Of a stretch of 36,156 nt of DNA, positions 18,344 through 27,760 are shown one piece after another (position 1 is the stretch's first letter; each line of letters begins with the position of its first letter). The translations under genes were made by a program, and so were the position numbers. Source of the stretch: Rhodoblastus sp. (GTDB taxonomy: Bacteria; Pseudomonadota; Alphaproteobacteria; Rhizobiales; Beijerinckiaceae); assembly GCF_041915505.1 (NCBI RefSeq), contig NZ_JAYSBG010000001.1, positions 1-36,156 on the forward strand, in the 5' to 3' direction. The notes under the pieces are model-generated. The model was not told the DNA's origin. It did not search any database and saw only the letters and a list, made by a program, of their open reading frames with translations.

Positions 18344-18674
18344 TGTAAGTCTCCATTTCCGTTTTCGAGCCCGCACCATTGCGGCCTCGATGGCGATCGA
18401 CAGGCCGGAGGCGACCGACGGCGCACCCCGCAGGGGCCTGACAGCTAAGGAGGACTTTCTTGTTTCGCGAGGAATGGCGGCGCAGCCGGCAGGGGAAGAA
18501 AGTTTGACGCGGCTGTTGCGCCATAGGCGGTCGAGGCGCAGCCGACTTTCGGCCAGATCAAGCCATTTGAAGAGGCCGTTTGGAGCGGTCTGAAGACGGG
18601 AGAAACGGAGACGATGGCGGCCCTTCTGCGACCGGCAGGCAGACGCGATCGGTTCTCACCGGCTTCGTCACTCC

Positions 18675-18724
18675 TCTCTCGGACAGGACAGCTTGCGCTT
18701 CTCTCGGACAGGACAGCTTGCGCT
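18675..18724. repeat. Perfect 25-bp tandem duplication
   Basis: TCTCTCGGACAGGACAGCTTGCGCT at 18675-18699 and 18700-18724. Confidence 0.9.
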
Positions 18725-18943
18725 ATTTCGTCCCCCCGCGCCGTCGACGAAAACGCCCCCAGCGTCGTGCTGACCAGCCTCACGCTGAACGGCGTTATGG
18801 CTCGACGCTCCGATGAGGACAGCCGCGCTCCTGGCCTCTGCTTGATCCGGGTATCACCGCCGTCTCCATCCCAACGGAATGACGACAAGGGGGATCGGCA
18901 TTGCGGTTCTGGTCCCGCCCCAACCGCCGGGATGGTGATGATG

Positions 18944-19384
18944 CTAGGCCCGAGCAAGGCTCTGGCTGGATGGGCTGGTGGCCGCCATGCCCGCGACCCG
19001 CATGAACGCGGTGACGCCGACTGCAACCGCGCCGATGACGGAGAAGACGACCTGCCAGGTCTCTGACGGCATGGTGTGCTTCACGATGCCATGCGTGGCG
19101 TGATAGCCGGCGATGACGGCGGGCGCGACGAAGACGAGCGCAATCAGAAGCTTCGCCCAAAGCGGGCGCACGACCATGAGCAGGAGCTGCCCGATACCGA
19201 GGGTCAGTCCTGCGCCGATGACGCCGATCACGATCGCCCCGAGCCAGCCCGCGCCGGTGTGATAGGCCCAGGCGCCGACCGTGACGCCGGCGAAGAAGGG
19301 CAGCGCGAAAACGGCGAGCGTGAACAGAAGCCAGCAGAAGAAGCCGATGGCCGCGATGGAAAGGACGATGCCGAGAAAGATCAT
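18944..19384 (-). CDS. Hypothetical integral membrane protein (4-5 TM)
   Basis: Strongly hydrophobic 146-aa ORF with GGAGG RBS. Confidence 0.8.
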   Translation of the reverse strand: MIFLGIVLSIAAIGFFCWLLFTLAVFALPFFAGVTVGAWAYHTGAGWLGAIVIGVIGAGLTLGIGQLLLMVVRPLWAKLLIALVFVAPAVIAGYHATHGIVKHTMPSETWQVVFSVIGAVAVGVTAFMRVAGMAATSPSSQSLARA

Positions 19385-19526
19385 GGTGGTTCCTCCGAAA
19401 GAACGATTCTGACGGTCGCGCCTTCCACCACCACCACGGCGCGTCGGGGATCATAGCAAAACATCGACGCCCGTGGGAGCCGAAACCGATGAGGTTTCAG
19501 TCCCGCAGGCGAGGATCTTCGCCCCG

Positions 19527-19694
19527 TCATGGAACGAAGGGGTCTATCTCGCGGACGATCTGCGAGAGGTCGCCGTCATATTCGCTGGAGGGCGTGACAG
19601 AGAGCGTGCCGTCGCCGGCGCGGAAGATGACGATGACGGCCATCAGGGTGGTGGCGAGGCTGAAGGCGAAGGCGTGTGCGGTTTCGAGGGACAT
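19527..19694 (-). CDS. Small hypothetical protein (55 aa)
   Basis: MSLETAHAFAFSLATTLMAVIVIFRAGDG...EYDGD...REIDPF; AGGAG RBS upstream of ATG 19694. Confidence 0.65.
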   Translation of the reverse strand: MSLETAHAFAFSLATTLMAVIVIFRAGDGTLSVTPSSEYDGDLSQIVREIDPFVP

Positions 19695-19954
19695 CGACCC
19701 GGCTCCTGTTTCGAGCGGAGGTCCATCCCCCGCTGACAGGCGCCCGATGTGTTCGGCCGAGGGCCGCAATCACCGCGAGAGGCGCAAGCCGGGAGCGGCG
19801 GCACGCGCATGCGTAGTCCGACCCTTTACGGGTTGATGGCGTCAGGTCCTCGGGCCGGACCAAGGATCAGCGCATTTGAAGCGGGGGGAGATCCGCGGCA
19901 GGGGCCGGGGCGCAAGCCGTTCGAGGTTCGCTCCGCCTGGGGCGTCGCCCTCGC

Positions 19955-20377
19955 TCAGATGACCGTGGCCCAGGGGTCGATGACCTCAAGGCCGGCGGCA
20001 TGAAACGCGCTGGGGTCTCGGGTCGCGACGGCAAAGCCCTTGGAGGCGGCGATGGCCGCGATGTAGCCGTCAGGTGTCGGGAATCCCTTCCCCGATGCGC
20101 GAGCGGAAGCGCCGAGATCGGCATAGTGCCGGGCGGCATCGAGATCGAAGGGCAGGATGCGCCCCTCGAACAGGCCGATCCAGACATCGAGAGCCTCCGC
20201 GAGCCCCTGCTTGCGCTTGCCGTCGGGCATGGTGCGGATGCCGAACATGGCTTCCGCGATCGTGACGCTCGAAAGATAGAGCGTCTCGGCGGCCTGCTCG
20301 TCGAGCCAGCGTTGGACCATTTGGCTCGGAGCCGGCTTCATCGTCTCCGACACGACATTGGTGTCGAGCAGGATCAT
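19955..20377 (-). CDS. vapC: Type II TA toxin, VapC/FitB PIN domain
   Basis: MILLDTNVVSE...DGYIAAIA...VATRD PIN acidic motifs. Confidence 0.93.
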   Translation of the reverse strand: MILLDTNVVSETMKPAPSQMVQRWLDEQAAETLYLSSVTIAEAMFGIRTMPDGKRKQGLAEALDVWIGLFEGRILPFDLDAARHYADLGASARASGKGFPTPDGYIAAIAASKGFAVATRDPSAFHAAGLEVIDPWATVI

Positions 20378-20628
20378 TCGAAGCTCATGGGCTCGGCGGG
20401 CGTGCGATCGAAGGTCCGTTCGAGCGCCTCGACGTCCTCATTGGTGAGGCCGATGCGGCGGCTGGCCTCGGCGAGCGCCGTGCCAAGCCGCAGCCGGGTT
20501 GCGGGCCGAACAGCCGTTTCGAGAATGTCGCGCATCTCGGCCTCGGCGCTACGGCCGTGCTGCGCCGCCCGGACCTTCAGGGCGCGGTGCGTCTCCTCGG
20601 ACAGGTTGCGAATGGTGACGGCAGGCAT
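20374..20628 (-). CDS. FitA-like RHH antitoxin (plasmid stability protein)
   Basis: VTIRNLSEETHRALKVRAAQHGRSAEAEMRDIL; 4-nt overlap with the toxin. Confidence 0.9.
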   Translation of the reverse strand: MPAVTIRNLSEETHRALKVRAAQHGRSAEAEMRDILETAVRPATRLRLGTALAEASRRIGLTNEDVEALERTFDRTPAEPMSFE

Positions 20629-20648
20629 GATAGCGCCTCCTGGGAAAC

Positions 20649-20692
20649 TGATAGTGTTGATAGCAGTATAGTGAAATTGCCATCATTTTCAA
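20649..20692 (-). promoter_or_regulatory. TA promoter/operator
   Basis: Minus-strand TTGAAA-N16-TATACT overlapped by TGATAGCA-N12-TGCCATCA (20658-20685); extra TGATAG half-sites at 20628 and 20649. Confidence 0.65.
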
Positions 20693-20714
20693 GATGGCGG
20701 GGTATGGGCGGCGC

Positions 20715-21641
20715 TCACGCGCCGCCCGATCCGAACCGATAGACCGGGATGCCGAGCTTGCGGGCCTTGTCGGCCAGGTTGTCCTGGATGCCGGTGCCGG
20801 GGAAGACGAGGACGCCGATCGGCATGATCGCCAGCATGGCGTCGTTGCGCTTGAACGGCGCGGCCTTGGCGTGCTTCGTCCAGTCGGGCTTGAAGGCGAT
20901 CTGCGGCACCTTGCGGGTTTCCGCCCAGCGCGCGGCGATCTTTTCGGCGCCCTTGGGGGAGCCGCCGTGCATCAGCACCATGTCGGGGTGCTTGGCGTGA
21001 ACCTGGTCGAGCTTGGCCCAGATCAGCTTGTGGTCGGCGGTGTCGCCGCCGGAGAAGGCGATCTTCGGCCCTGCGGGCACGAGCACCGCGGCTTCGCTGC
21101 GGCGCTTGGCGGCGATGAAGTCGCGGCTGTCGATCATCGCGGCGGTGAGGTGGCGGTGGCTGACGCGCGATCCCGTGCGCTGGGACCAGGGTGAGCCGGT
21201 GGCGTGAAGGTAGTGGTCGGCGGCGCTGTCGCGGAAGACTTCCAGGCTGTCGCGCCGTTCGATCAGCGATCGCCCATGCTCGATCAGGCGTTCGAGCTGG
21301 ACGGATTTGACCTCGGAGCCATCCTGTTCACGCTGGAGGCGCTTTTGCTCCTGCTCGTTGTCGTCCAGCTTGCGGTCGGCCCGCTCGACGGCGCGATGGA
21401 ACATATTGACGGTGGACCAGAGGAGATCGTCGAGGTCGGGATCGAGGCTGGTGTCGGCCACGGTGGAGATCAGGGCGTCGAAGATGTCGGCGACGGCGCT
21501 TTCGATGATGCGGTCTTCCGGCACGGGGCGAGGATCGGCTTCGTCTTCGGAGGGGCGGTAGCCGTAGAGCTGAAGCTCCTGCACGACATGGTCGGTCGGC
21601 GATGCGCTGTGTTCGGGTTCGTAGTCGTCATGTTCGCTCAT
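20715..21641 (-). CDS. DUF2493 (YspA/SLOG superfamily) domain protein
   Basis: ELQLYGYRP...LLWSTVNMFHR; C-terminal IAFSGG...LMHGGSPKGAEKIA...AAPFKRND...FPGTGI. Confidence 0.87.
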   Translation of the reverse strand: MSEHDDYEPEHSASPTDHVVQELQLYGYRPSEDEADPRPVPEDRIIESAVADIFDALISTVADTSLDPDLDDLLWSTVNMFHRAVERADRKLDDNEQEQKRLQREQDGSEVKSVQLERLIEHGRSLIERRDSLEVFRDSAADHYLHATGSPWSQRTGSRVSHRHLTAAMIDSRDFIAAKRRSEAAVLVPAGPKIAFSGGDTADHKLIWAKLDQVHAKHPDMVLMHGGSPKGAEKIAARWAETRKVPQIAFKPDWTKHAKAAPFKRNDAMLAIMPIGVLVFPGTGIQDNLADKARKLGIPVYRFGSGGA

Positions 21642-21940
21642 GGGATGCTCCGTCGGTTGGACCGCGACCGTCGCGGCCTTCATGGCGACGAAGCCCACGG
21701 GCGGGGCGGGTCGGCAGGCCGAGCGAAGCGAGGGCCTCGATGGCTAAGGCCGGCTATTTTGTCTCGCGATGGAAAGCGGCCCGAAGGGACGCGCCGGAAA
21801 ATAGTCGGCCGCCGCCATTGCCGGCCCGGCCCGGTTGTGGGCCGATCGCCCTCTCGAAGGCCGAGGTGCGGTCCTCTTCCGAGGGCTGAACGCATCCGAG
21901 CGGGCGCGATGACGGCGACCCCGGCGCACCTTGCCGGCGA

Positions 21941-22981
21941 CTATGCCGTCAGGACCGTGAAGCGGGCGACGTCCTGCGGCGCGAGCTGCACCCGCAGATT
22001 GGCGCGGATCGCATCAAGGCCAAGGCGCCGGAGATCCTCGTTGAAGTCCTCCAGCATCGGCGAGAGCACGATGGCCTCGATCCCCTCCGCGTTCGCCCGT
22101 TCGACAAGGCTGTTGCGTGCGCCGTCGCCCGCCGGGTCGTTGTCGCGGACGATATAGAGTCGGCGCAGCGTCTCGGGGAACAGGATGGCGGCGAGATGGG
22201 CGGCGGAGAGCGCCGCCGCCATCGCCATGTGCGGTATCGCCTGACGCGCCGACAGGACGCTTTCGATACCTTCGCCCGCCGCCATCACCTCGCCGGCGAT
22301 CCCGAAGCGGACGGCGTGACCCAGCAGGTCGCCCATCGCCTTGCGCTGCGTTTCGATCGGCGCCTTGTCGGAGCCGTCAGGGGCGAGCCAGGTCCGATGC
22401 GCGCCGGTGATCGCGCCCTTCAGATCGGTGACGGCGGCGATCATCGCCGGCCAGGTCTCGGTCGGGCCATGATCGTCGGGCCGGTAATAGCAGCGGGGAT
22501 GGAAGCGGAGGTTTCCGGTTCCGTGCAAAGCCGTAATGCCGCGATTGCGGAGATACGCTTCTACGAGCGTGCCGCCGATCGGCTGCGACATGGCGAACAA
22601 CCGCCTTGCCGCCTCGGCCGATCCCGACGGGGCTGGCGTGCTCGGTCGCTTCTTCGTCGCCGGCGGAGGTTCGGGACGCGGCAGGCTGAGAAAGCTGCGG
22701 GCTTCCCGGGCGACATCGGCGAAGTCGACGAGGCCGCAGCTCTCCCGGATCACGTCGAGCAGATCGCCATGCTCGCCGGTGGCGGCGTCGGTCCATTTGC
22801 CCGCTGCTCCCTTCGCCGTCTCCTTGAGCCGCACGAACATCGAGCGGCCGGGCGTGTTGCGCACGTCGCCGACCTGCCAGTAATTGCCCTGGCGACGGCC
22901 GGCGTCGAGATAATGGCGGCATACCGCCTCGGCCTCCCGGCCGAGACGGGTCGCCAGATCGGAGGCGTCGAGACGAGTCAT
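21941..22981 (-). CDS. Toprim domain protein (primase-like)
   Basis: GKWTDAATGEHGDLLD, AYLRNRGI, GAHRTWL, AGEGIES, DNDPAG, DFNEDL. Confidence 0.88.
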   Translation of the reverse strand: MTRLDASDLATRLGREAEAVCRHYLDAGRRQGNYWQVGDVRNTPGRSMFVRLKETAKGAAGKWTDAATGEHGDLLDVIRESCGLVDFADVAREARSFLSLPRPEPPPATKKRPSTPAPSGSAEAARRLFAMSQPIGGTLVEAYLRNRGITALHGTGNLRFHPRCYYRPDDHGPTETWPAMIAAVTDLKGAITGAHRTWLAPDGSDKAPIETQRKAMGDLLGHAVRFGIAGEVMAAGEGIESVLSARQAIPHMAMAAALSAAHLAAILFPETLRRLYIVRDNDPAGDGARNSLVERANAEGIEAIVLSPMLEDFNEDLRRLGLDAIRANLRVQLAPQDVARFTVLTA

Positions 22982-25900
22982 CACGCCGCCTCGCGTTCGC
23001 CGATGCGCTGGACCGGATAGCGGCCCAGCACACGCTCCAGCACGCCCACGCCGCCGGCGTCCGTCGGCACGAACATCCTGAGCTTCCACGAAATGATCTC
23101 GTGGAAGAGGCCGTAGGCGGTGAGCCGTTCGCGCATCGTGTCGGTGAAGCCCGACAGCTCGATGCGCTCGGCGCCCATGACGCGGACGCGGCGAAGCTGA
23201 AGCCCTTCGGCGAGGTCGAGGATGGTGCGGCCATCCATCAGCGCCGTGAAGGCGTCGGCGGGCGCGAGCGTGGCCGTGTCGGTCGCGGTGGCGTTGGCCG
23301 CCCAGGCGGGAGAGACTTTGCGGCCGACGATCCTTTCACCCTCGTCGGTCTGGAGCCGATAGACGCGGGTCGACTCGTCCGGCAGCCGCTTCCAGATCGG
23401 CAGCAGCAGGCCCGTGACGATATGGATGGTGCTGTCGGAGAACTCCGGCACCGCGGCGACCTCGGCGGCCCAGGCGGCGGCGAAGGCGTCGCGGTCGGCC
23501 TCGGTCCAATGGGTTTCGCCCATCATCTTCACCGGGACGGTGTGCGATTCCATCGGCCGGACCAGCCGGACACGGCGTTCGATCTCGCCGTCGTCCAGCA
23601 TGATGGAGGGAGCCTGGATCTGGACGGCGGCGCGGCCCGACCGCTCGTTGGCCAAGAGCCTGGCGCCGGGTTCGCCGAGATAGGCGAGCGCGTCGTCCAG
23701 CATCACCGGGCGGTTGCGGGTCCGCTGGGCGATGGTGAGCAACCGGGTCTCGGCCCCCGTGCCCGGATGGGTGTAGATGGTCTGGCGGCCGGTGACGCTG
23801 AAGCCCTCGGCGGTCAGCGTCTCCAGCCCGACGTCGTAGATGCCGGCCGCGATGGCGCCCTCGATCTTGGCGGTGAGGAGCTGCTCGAAGGCGGTGAACA
23901 GGACGCCCTGAAGCTCGATGGTCAGGGCCAGCAGCCGGTTGAGGAAGGTGGTGATGGGCGGCAGCTCGTCCTTGACGCCGTTCGTGTCCATCAGCTTCAG
24001 GCCGGTCGACGCCTCGAAGCGGGCGAGCGAGCAGCCCTCGACCTTACCGCGGACGATCAGCAGATAGAGCTGGCGCAGCGCATCGCGGGCATAGGCGCTT
24101 TCCAGATTGTCCTCGGGGCGGAACAGGCCCTGGCCGCCGGTCTGGCGCTGGCCGCGGGTGATGGCGCCCAGCGTGTCGAGGCGCCGCGCGATCGTGGAGA
24201 GGAAGCGCTTCTCGGCCTTCACATCCGTGGCGATGGGCCGAAACAGCGGCGGCTGCGCCTGGTTGGTGCGGTGGGTGCGGCCAAGCCCCTGAATGGCGGC
24301 GTCGGCCTTCCAGCCGGGTTCGAGCAGATAGTGGACACGCAGGCGCGTGTTCCGCGCCGAAAGCTCGGCGTGATAGCTGCGGCCGGTGCCGCCGGCGTCC
24401 GAGAAGATCAGGATGCGCTTCTGGTCATCCATGAATCCTTGGGTCTCGGCGAGATTGGCGGCGGCGGCGCGGTTCTCGACGACGAGGCGGTCCTTCTTGC
24501 GGACGATGCGCCGCGAGCGGCCCGTCACCTCGGCCACCAGGTCCGTGCCGAAATGCTGGACGATCTGGTCGAGCGCGCCGGGAACCGGCGGCAGGCTGGC
24601 GAGCTGCGCGATCAGCTCGTCGCGGCGCGCCACGGCCTCGCGGCTTTCGACGGGCTGGCCGTCGCGATAGACCGGCCGCGACGACAGATTGCCCTCGCTG
24701 TCGGTGAACGGCTCGTAGAGCTGCACCGGGAAGGAATGGGCGAGGTAATCGAGAACATATTCCCTCGGCGTGATGTCGACGCGAACGTCGTTCCATTCCT
24801 CGGTCGGCAGGTCGGCCAGCCGGCGTTCCATCAGCGCCTCGCCGGTCGAGACGATCTGGATGACAGCGGCATGGCCGGCTTCCAGATCGGCGGTGATCGA
24901 GCGGATCAGCGTCGGGGTTTTCATCGACGTCAAAAGGTGGCCGAAGAAGCGCTGCTTGGCGCTCTCGAAGGCCGAGCGGGCGGCGGACTTGGCTTGCCGG
25001 TTCAGCGTGCCGGAAGCGCCGGTGATGTTGGCCGCCTCCATCGCCGCATCCAGATGGTTGTGGATGATGGCGAAGGCCCCGGCATAGGCGTCGTAGATGC
25101 GGGTCTGTTCGGGCGTCAGCGCGTGCTCGACCAGCTCATATTCCACCCCGTCGAAGGACAATGACCGGGCGGTGTAGAGGCCGAGCGCGCGCAGGTCGCG
25201 GGCCAGAACCTCCATCGCCGCGACGCCGCCGGCCTCGATCGCCTCGACGAACTCGGCCCGGGTCGAGAACGGAAAGTCCTCGCCGCCCCACAGTCCGAGC
25301 CGCTGGGCGTAGGCGAGATTGTGGACCGTGGTGGCGCCGGTCGCCGAGACATAGACGACGCGGGCGTTCGGCAAGGCGTGCTGGAGACGCAGGCCGGCGC
25401 GACCCTGTTGCGAGGCGGCGACGTCGCCCCGTTCTCCTTTGCCGCCGCCGGCGTTCTGCATCGCGTGCGCCTCGTCGAAAATGAGGACTCCATCGAAGTC
25501 GGAGCCCAACCATTCGACGATCTGCCGGACGCGCGAAACCTTCTCGCCCCGGTCGTCGGAGCGTAGCGTGGCATAGGTCGTAAACAGGACGCCTTCGGGC
25601 AGCGTGACCGGCCGCCCTTGCGGGAAGCGCGACAGCGGCGTGACCAGCAGGCGCTCCATGCCGAGCGCCGACCAGTCGCGCTGGGCGTCCTCGATCAGCT
25701 TGTCGGACTTGCTGATCCACACCGCCTTGCGGCGACCCTGGAGCCAGTTGTCGAGAATGATCGCGGCGGACTGGCGGCCTTTGCCGACGCCGGTGCCGTC
25801 GCCGATCATGAAGCCGCGCCGGAAGCGCACGGCGTTCGCGGCGTCCTCGCGCGCGGCGGTGACGACATCGAAGGTGGCGTCCACCGTCCACGATCCGGCG

Positions 25901-27312
25901 AGATGATCGGCGTGCGCCTCGCCGGCATAGATGACGGTCTCGAGCTGGGCGTCGGACAGGAGGTCGTGGATGTTGACGGGAAGGCGCGGCCGATAGCTCG
26001 GCTTGGGCGGCGCGACCGAAGCCATCGCGGCCGACTGGACCAGCCGTGTCGGATGGGCCTGAGCGTCCACGATACGGATCGCCTGCAATCCGTATTCTTC
26101 ATAGATGCCATCGGACAGGCGCCCGCCTTCGCCGGCCAGCCCGTCCAGGGTCTCATAGGCGAGCGGCAGGCCCTCCGGTTCGGCCATCGGCGCGGTCGCC
26201 GGGACGGCCTTGGCGGCGCGATTGATATAGCCGCGCACACTGCGAGGGGCGGAAGGCGCGACAGCCGGGACCGTGACGGAGGGATCGACGGCGAGCCGTT
26301 TCGGCAGGTGATCGTCGAGCCAGCCCAGCAGCGTGGCGGTGTCCGGGGCGACGCCGGGCGGGACCGGGAACATGGCCGGATCGTCGGCGGGCCGCTTGTC
26401 GATGACGGTCAGGCGCGTCGGGAACGTCGTGCCGTGCCTGGCATAGACCGAGCCGTCGATGGCGGCGGAGAAGACGATGCGCCCGCGCTCCTGCAAGCGG
26501 ATGAAGGCGTCCCGCCACATGGGATTGTCGGGCGCGAAGCTGGCGCCGGTGATCGTCACGAGGCGGCCGCCGGGAGCGAGACGCGCCAGCGCCGAGGCGA
26601 TGTGGCGCCAGGCGGTGTCCGCCACGCGGCCCTCGACATTGGCCATCGCGGAGAAGGGCGGATTCATCAGCACGACGCTGGGCGTGACGGCGGGATCGAG
26701 ATGATCGTCGATCTGCGCCGCGTCGAAGCGGGTGACGGAAATAGCGGGAAATAGAAGCGACAGCAGGTTGGCGCGGGTGTCGGCCAGCTCGTTGAGGACG
26801 AGCGAGCCGCTGGCGATCTCGGCGAGGATCGCCAAAAGGCCGGTGCCCGCCGACGGTTCCAGCACACGGTCGGCCGGGGTGATGGCGGCGGCGTGGGCCG
26901 CGACCAGGCCGAGCGGGACCGGCGTCGAGAATTGCTGGAAGGTCTGGCTCTCCGCCGACCGCCGCGTATGCGTCGGCAAGAGGCTGGCGATTTTCGACAG
27001 CGCGGAAAGTCGGGAAGCCGGCGACCCGGCTTTGCGGAAAAGCGCACGTCCGTATTTGCGGAGAAACAGGACGGTCGCGGCCTCGCAGGCGTCATAGGCC
27101 GTCTTCCAGTCCCAGGCGCCAGCGGCGTCGGACGCGCCGAAGGCGGTCTCCATCGCCGCGCGCAGGGTCGCGGCGTCGACGCGCTCGCCGCGTTCGAGAC
27201 GGGGCAGGAGCAGGCCGGCGGCCGAGAAGATGGCGGCGGAGGGTTCGGGACTGGGGCCGAGCGGAAGCGGCGCGGCGGCGGACGCCGCCGCGGATGCGGA
27301 AGTCATGGTCAT
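22981..27312 (-). CDS. N6-adenine-type methyltransferase / Strawberry-notch SF2 helicase fusion
   Basis: QQFSTP, VLEPSAGTG, NPPF; GDGTGVGKGR, FDEAH, YVSATG, QGLGRTHRTNQ. Confidence 0.9.
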   Translation of the reverse strand: MTMTSASAAASAAAPLPLGPSPEPSAAIFSAAGLLLPRLERGERVDAATLRAAMETAFGASDAAGAWDWKTAYDACEAATVLFLRKYGRALFRKAGSPASRLSALSKIASLLPTHTRRSAESQTFQQFSTPVPLGLVAAHAAAITPADRVLEPSAGTGLLAILAEIASGSLVLNELADTRANLLSLLFPAISVTRFDAAQIDDHLDPAVTPSVVLMNPPFSAMANVEGRVADTAWRHIASALARLAPGGRLVTITGASFAPDNPMWRDAFIRLQERGRIVFSAAIDGSVYARHGTTFPTRLTVIDKRPADDPAMFPVPPGVAPDTATLLGWLDDHLPKRLAVDPSVTVPAVAPSAPRSVRGYINRAAKAVPATAPMAEPEGLPLAYETLDGLAGEGGRLSDGIYEEYGLQAIRIVDAQAHPTRLVQSAAMASVAPPKPSYRPRLPVNIHDLLSDAQLETVIYAGEAHADHLAGSWTVDATFDVVTAAREDAANAVRFRRGFMIGDGTGVGKGRQSAAIILDNWLQGRRKAVWISKSDKLIEDAQRDWSALGMERLLVTPLSRFPQGRPVTLPEGVLFTTYATLRSDDRGEKVSRVRQIVEWLGSDFDGVLIFDEAHAMQNAGGGKGERGDVAASQQGRAGLRLQHALPNARVVYVSATGATTVHNLAYAQRLGLWGGEDFPFSTRAEFVEAIEAGGVAAMEVLARDLRALGLYTARSLSFDGVEYELVEHALTPEQTRIYDAYAGAFAIIHNHLDAAMEAANITGASGTLNRQAKSAARSAFESAKQRFFGHLLTSMKTPTLIRSITADLEAGHAAVIQIVSTGEALMERRLADLPTEEWNDVRVDITPREYVLDYLAHSFPVQLYEPFTDSEGNLSSRPVYRDGQPVESREAVARRDELIAQLASLPPVPGALDQIVQHFGTDLVAEVTGRSRRIVRKKDRLVVENRAAAANLAETQGFMDDQKRILIFSDAGGTGRSYHAELSARNTRLRVHYLLEPGWKADAAIQGLGRTHRTNQAQPPLFRPIATDVKAEKRFLSTIARRLDTLGAITRGQRQTGGQGLFRPEDNLESAYARDALRQLYLLIVRGKVEGCSLARFEASTGLKLMDTNGVKDELPPITTFLNRLLALTIELQGVLFTAFEQLLTAKIEGAIAAGIYDVGLETLTAEGFSVTGRQTIYTHPGTGAETRLLTIAQRTRNRPVMLDDALAYLGEPGARLLANERSGRAAVQIQAPSIMLDDGEIERRVRLVRPMESHTVPVKMMGETHWTEADRDAFAAAWAAEVAAVPEFSDSTIHIVTGLLLPIWKRLPDESTRVYRLQTDEGERIVGRKVSPAWAANATATDTATLAPADAFTALMDGRTILDLAEGLQLRRVRVMGAERIELSGFTDTMRERLTAYGLFHEIISWKLRMFVPTDAGGVGVLERVLGRYPVQRIGEREAA

Positions 27313-27424
27313 GGTGGGAACCTCGAAGAGAGCGGGAATGGGCGAGCCCGCGCGGCGCTCTCTCTCGACCGCATCGGCTCAAACCCGTCCCGGCCGCCCT
27401 CTCACTCTCAAGACGCCGACATGG

Positions 27425-27457
27425 AAAAAGCGCCCGACCGTGAGGCGGGGCGCTTTT
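27425..27457 (-). terminator. Intrinsic terminator
   Basis: AAAAAGCGCCC...GGGCGCTTTT hairpin with T-tracts on both strands, just after the stop at 27464. Confidence 0.75.
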
Positions 27458-27463
27458 CGAGGA

Positions 27464-27760
27464 TCAGGTCCAGAGCCCGTCCGCGATCTCGCCGGCGACG
27501 AGCGTGCGGGCCTTGCGGATCAGGTCATCGCCGCAGGTGTCGACGTGGCCGAAGAACCTGGCGCGGGCGCCGTTCGCGGTCCAATCGGCATAGGTGCAAT
27601 ATTCCCGCACATCGGATCGGAACGCCCGCATGTCGCTGGCCCAATGGGGCTTGGGCTCGATGACGACGGTGACGCCGCCTCTGGTCTCCGGCCAGGGCAG
27701 GGATCGTTCCTGCGGCGGATGCTGGCGATCCGCCGCGAAGATGGCGTCGATGTCGATCAT
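27464..27760 (-). CDS. Hypothetical protein (98 aa)
   Basis: MIDIDAIFAAD...; ATG overlaps the previous stop; GAGG RBS; terminator follows. Confidence 0.75.
   Translation of the reverse strand: MIDIDAIFAADRQHPPQERSLPWPETRGGVTVVIEPKPHWASDMRAFRSDVREYCTYADWTANGARARFFGHVDTCGDDLIRKARTLVAGEIADGLWT

Noticed and set aside
18675-18724. CRISPR array
   Set aside because: Two abutting repeats with no spacers and no cas genes; no array seen anywhere in the window
18445-19066. ORFs 18445-19026(-), 18614-19066(+) and 18580-18816(+)
   Set aside because: Low-complexity translations with no clear RBS or motifs; they overlap the structured leader and the tandem repeat
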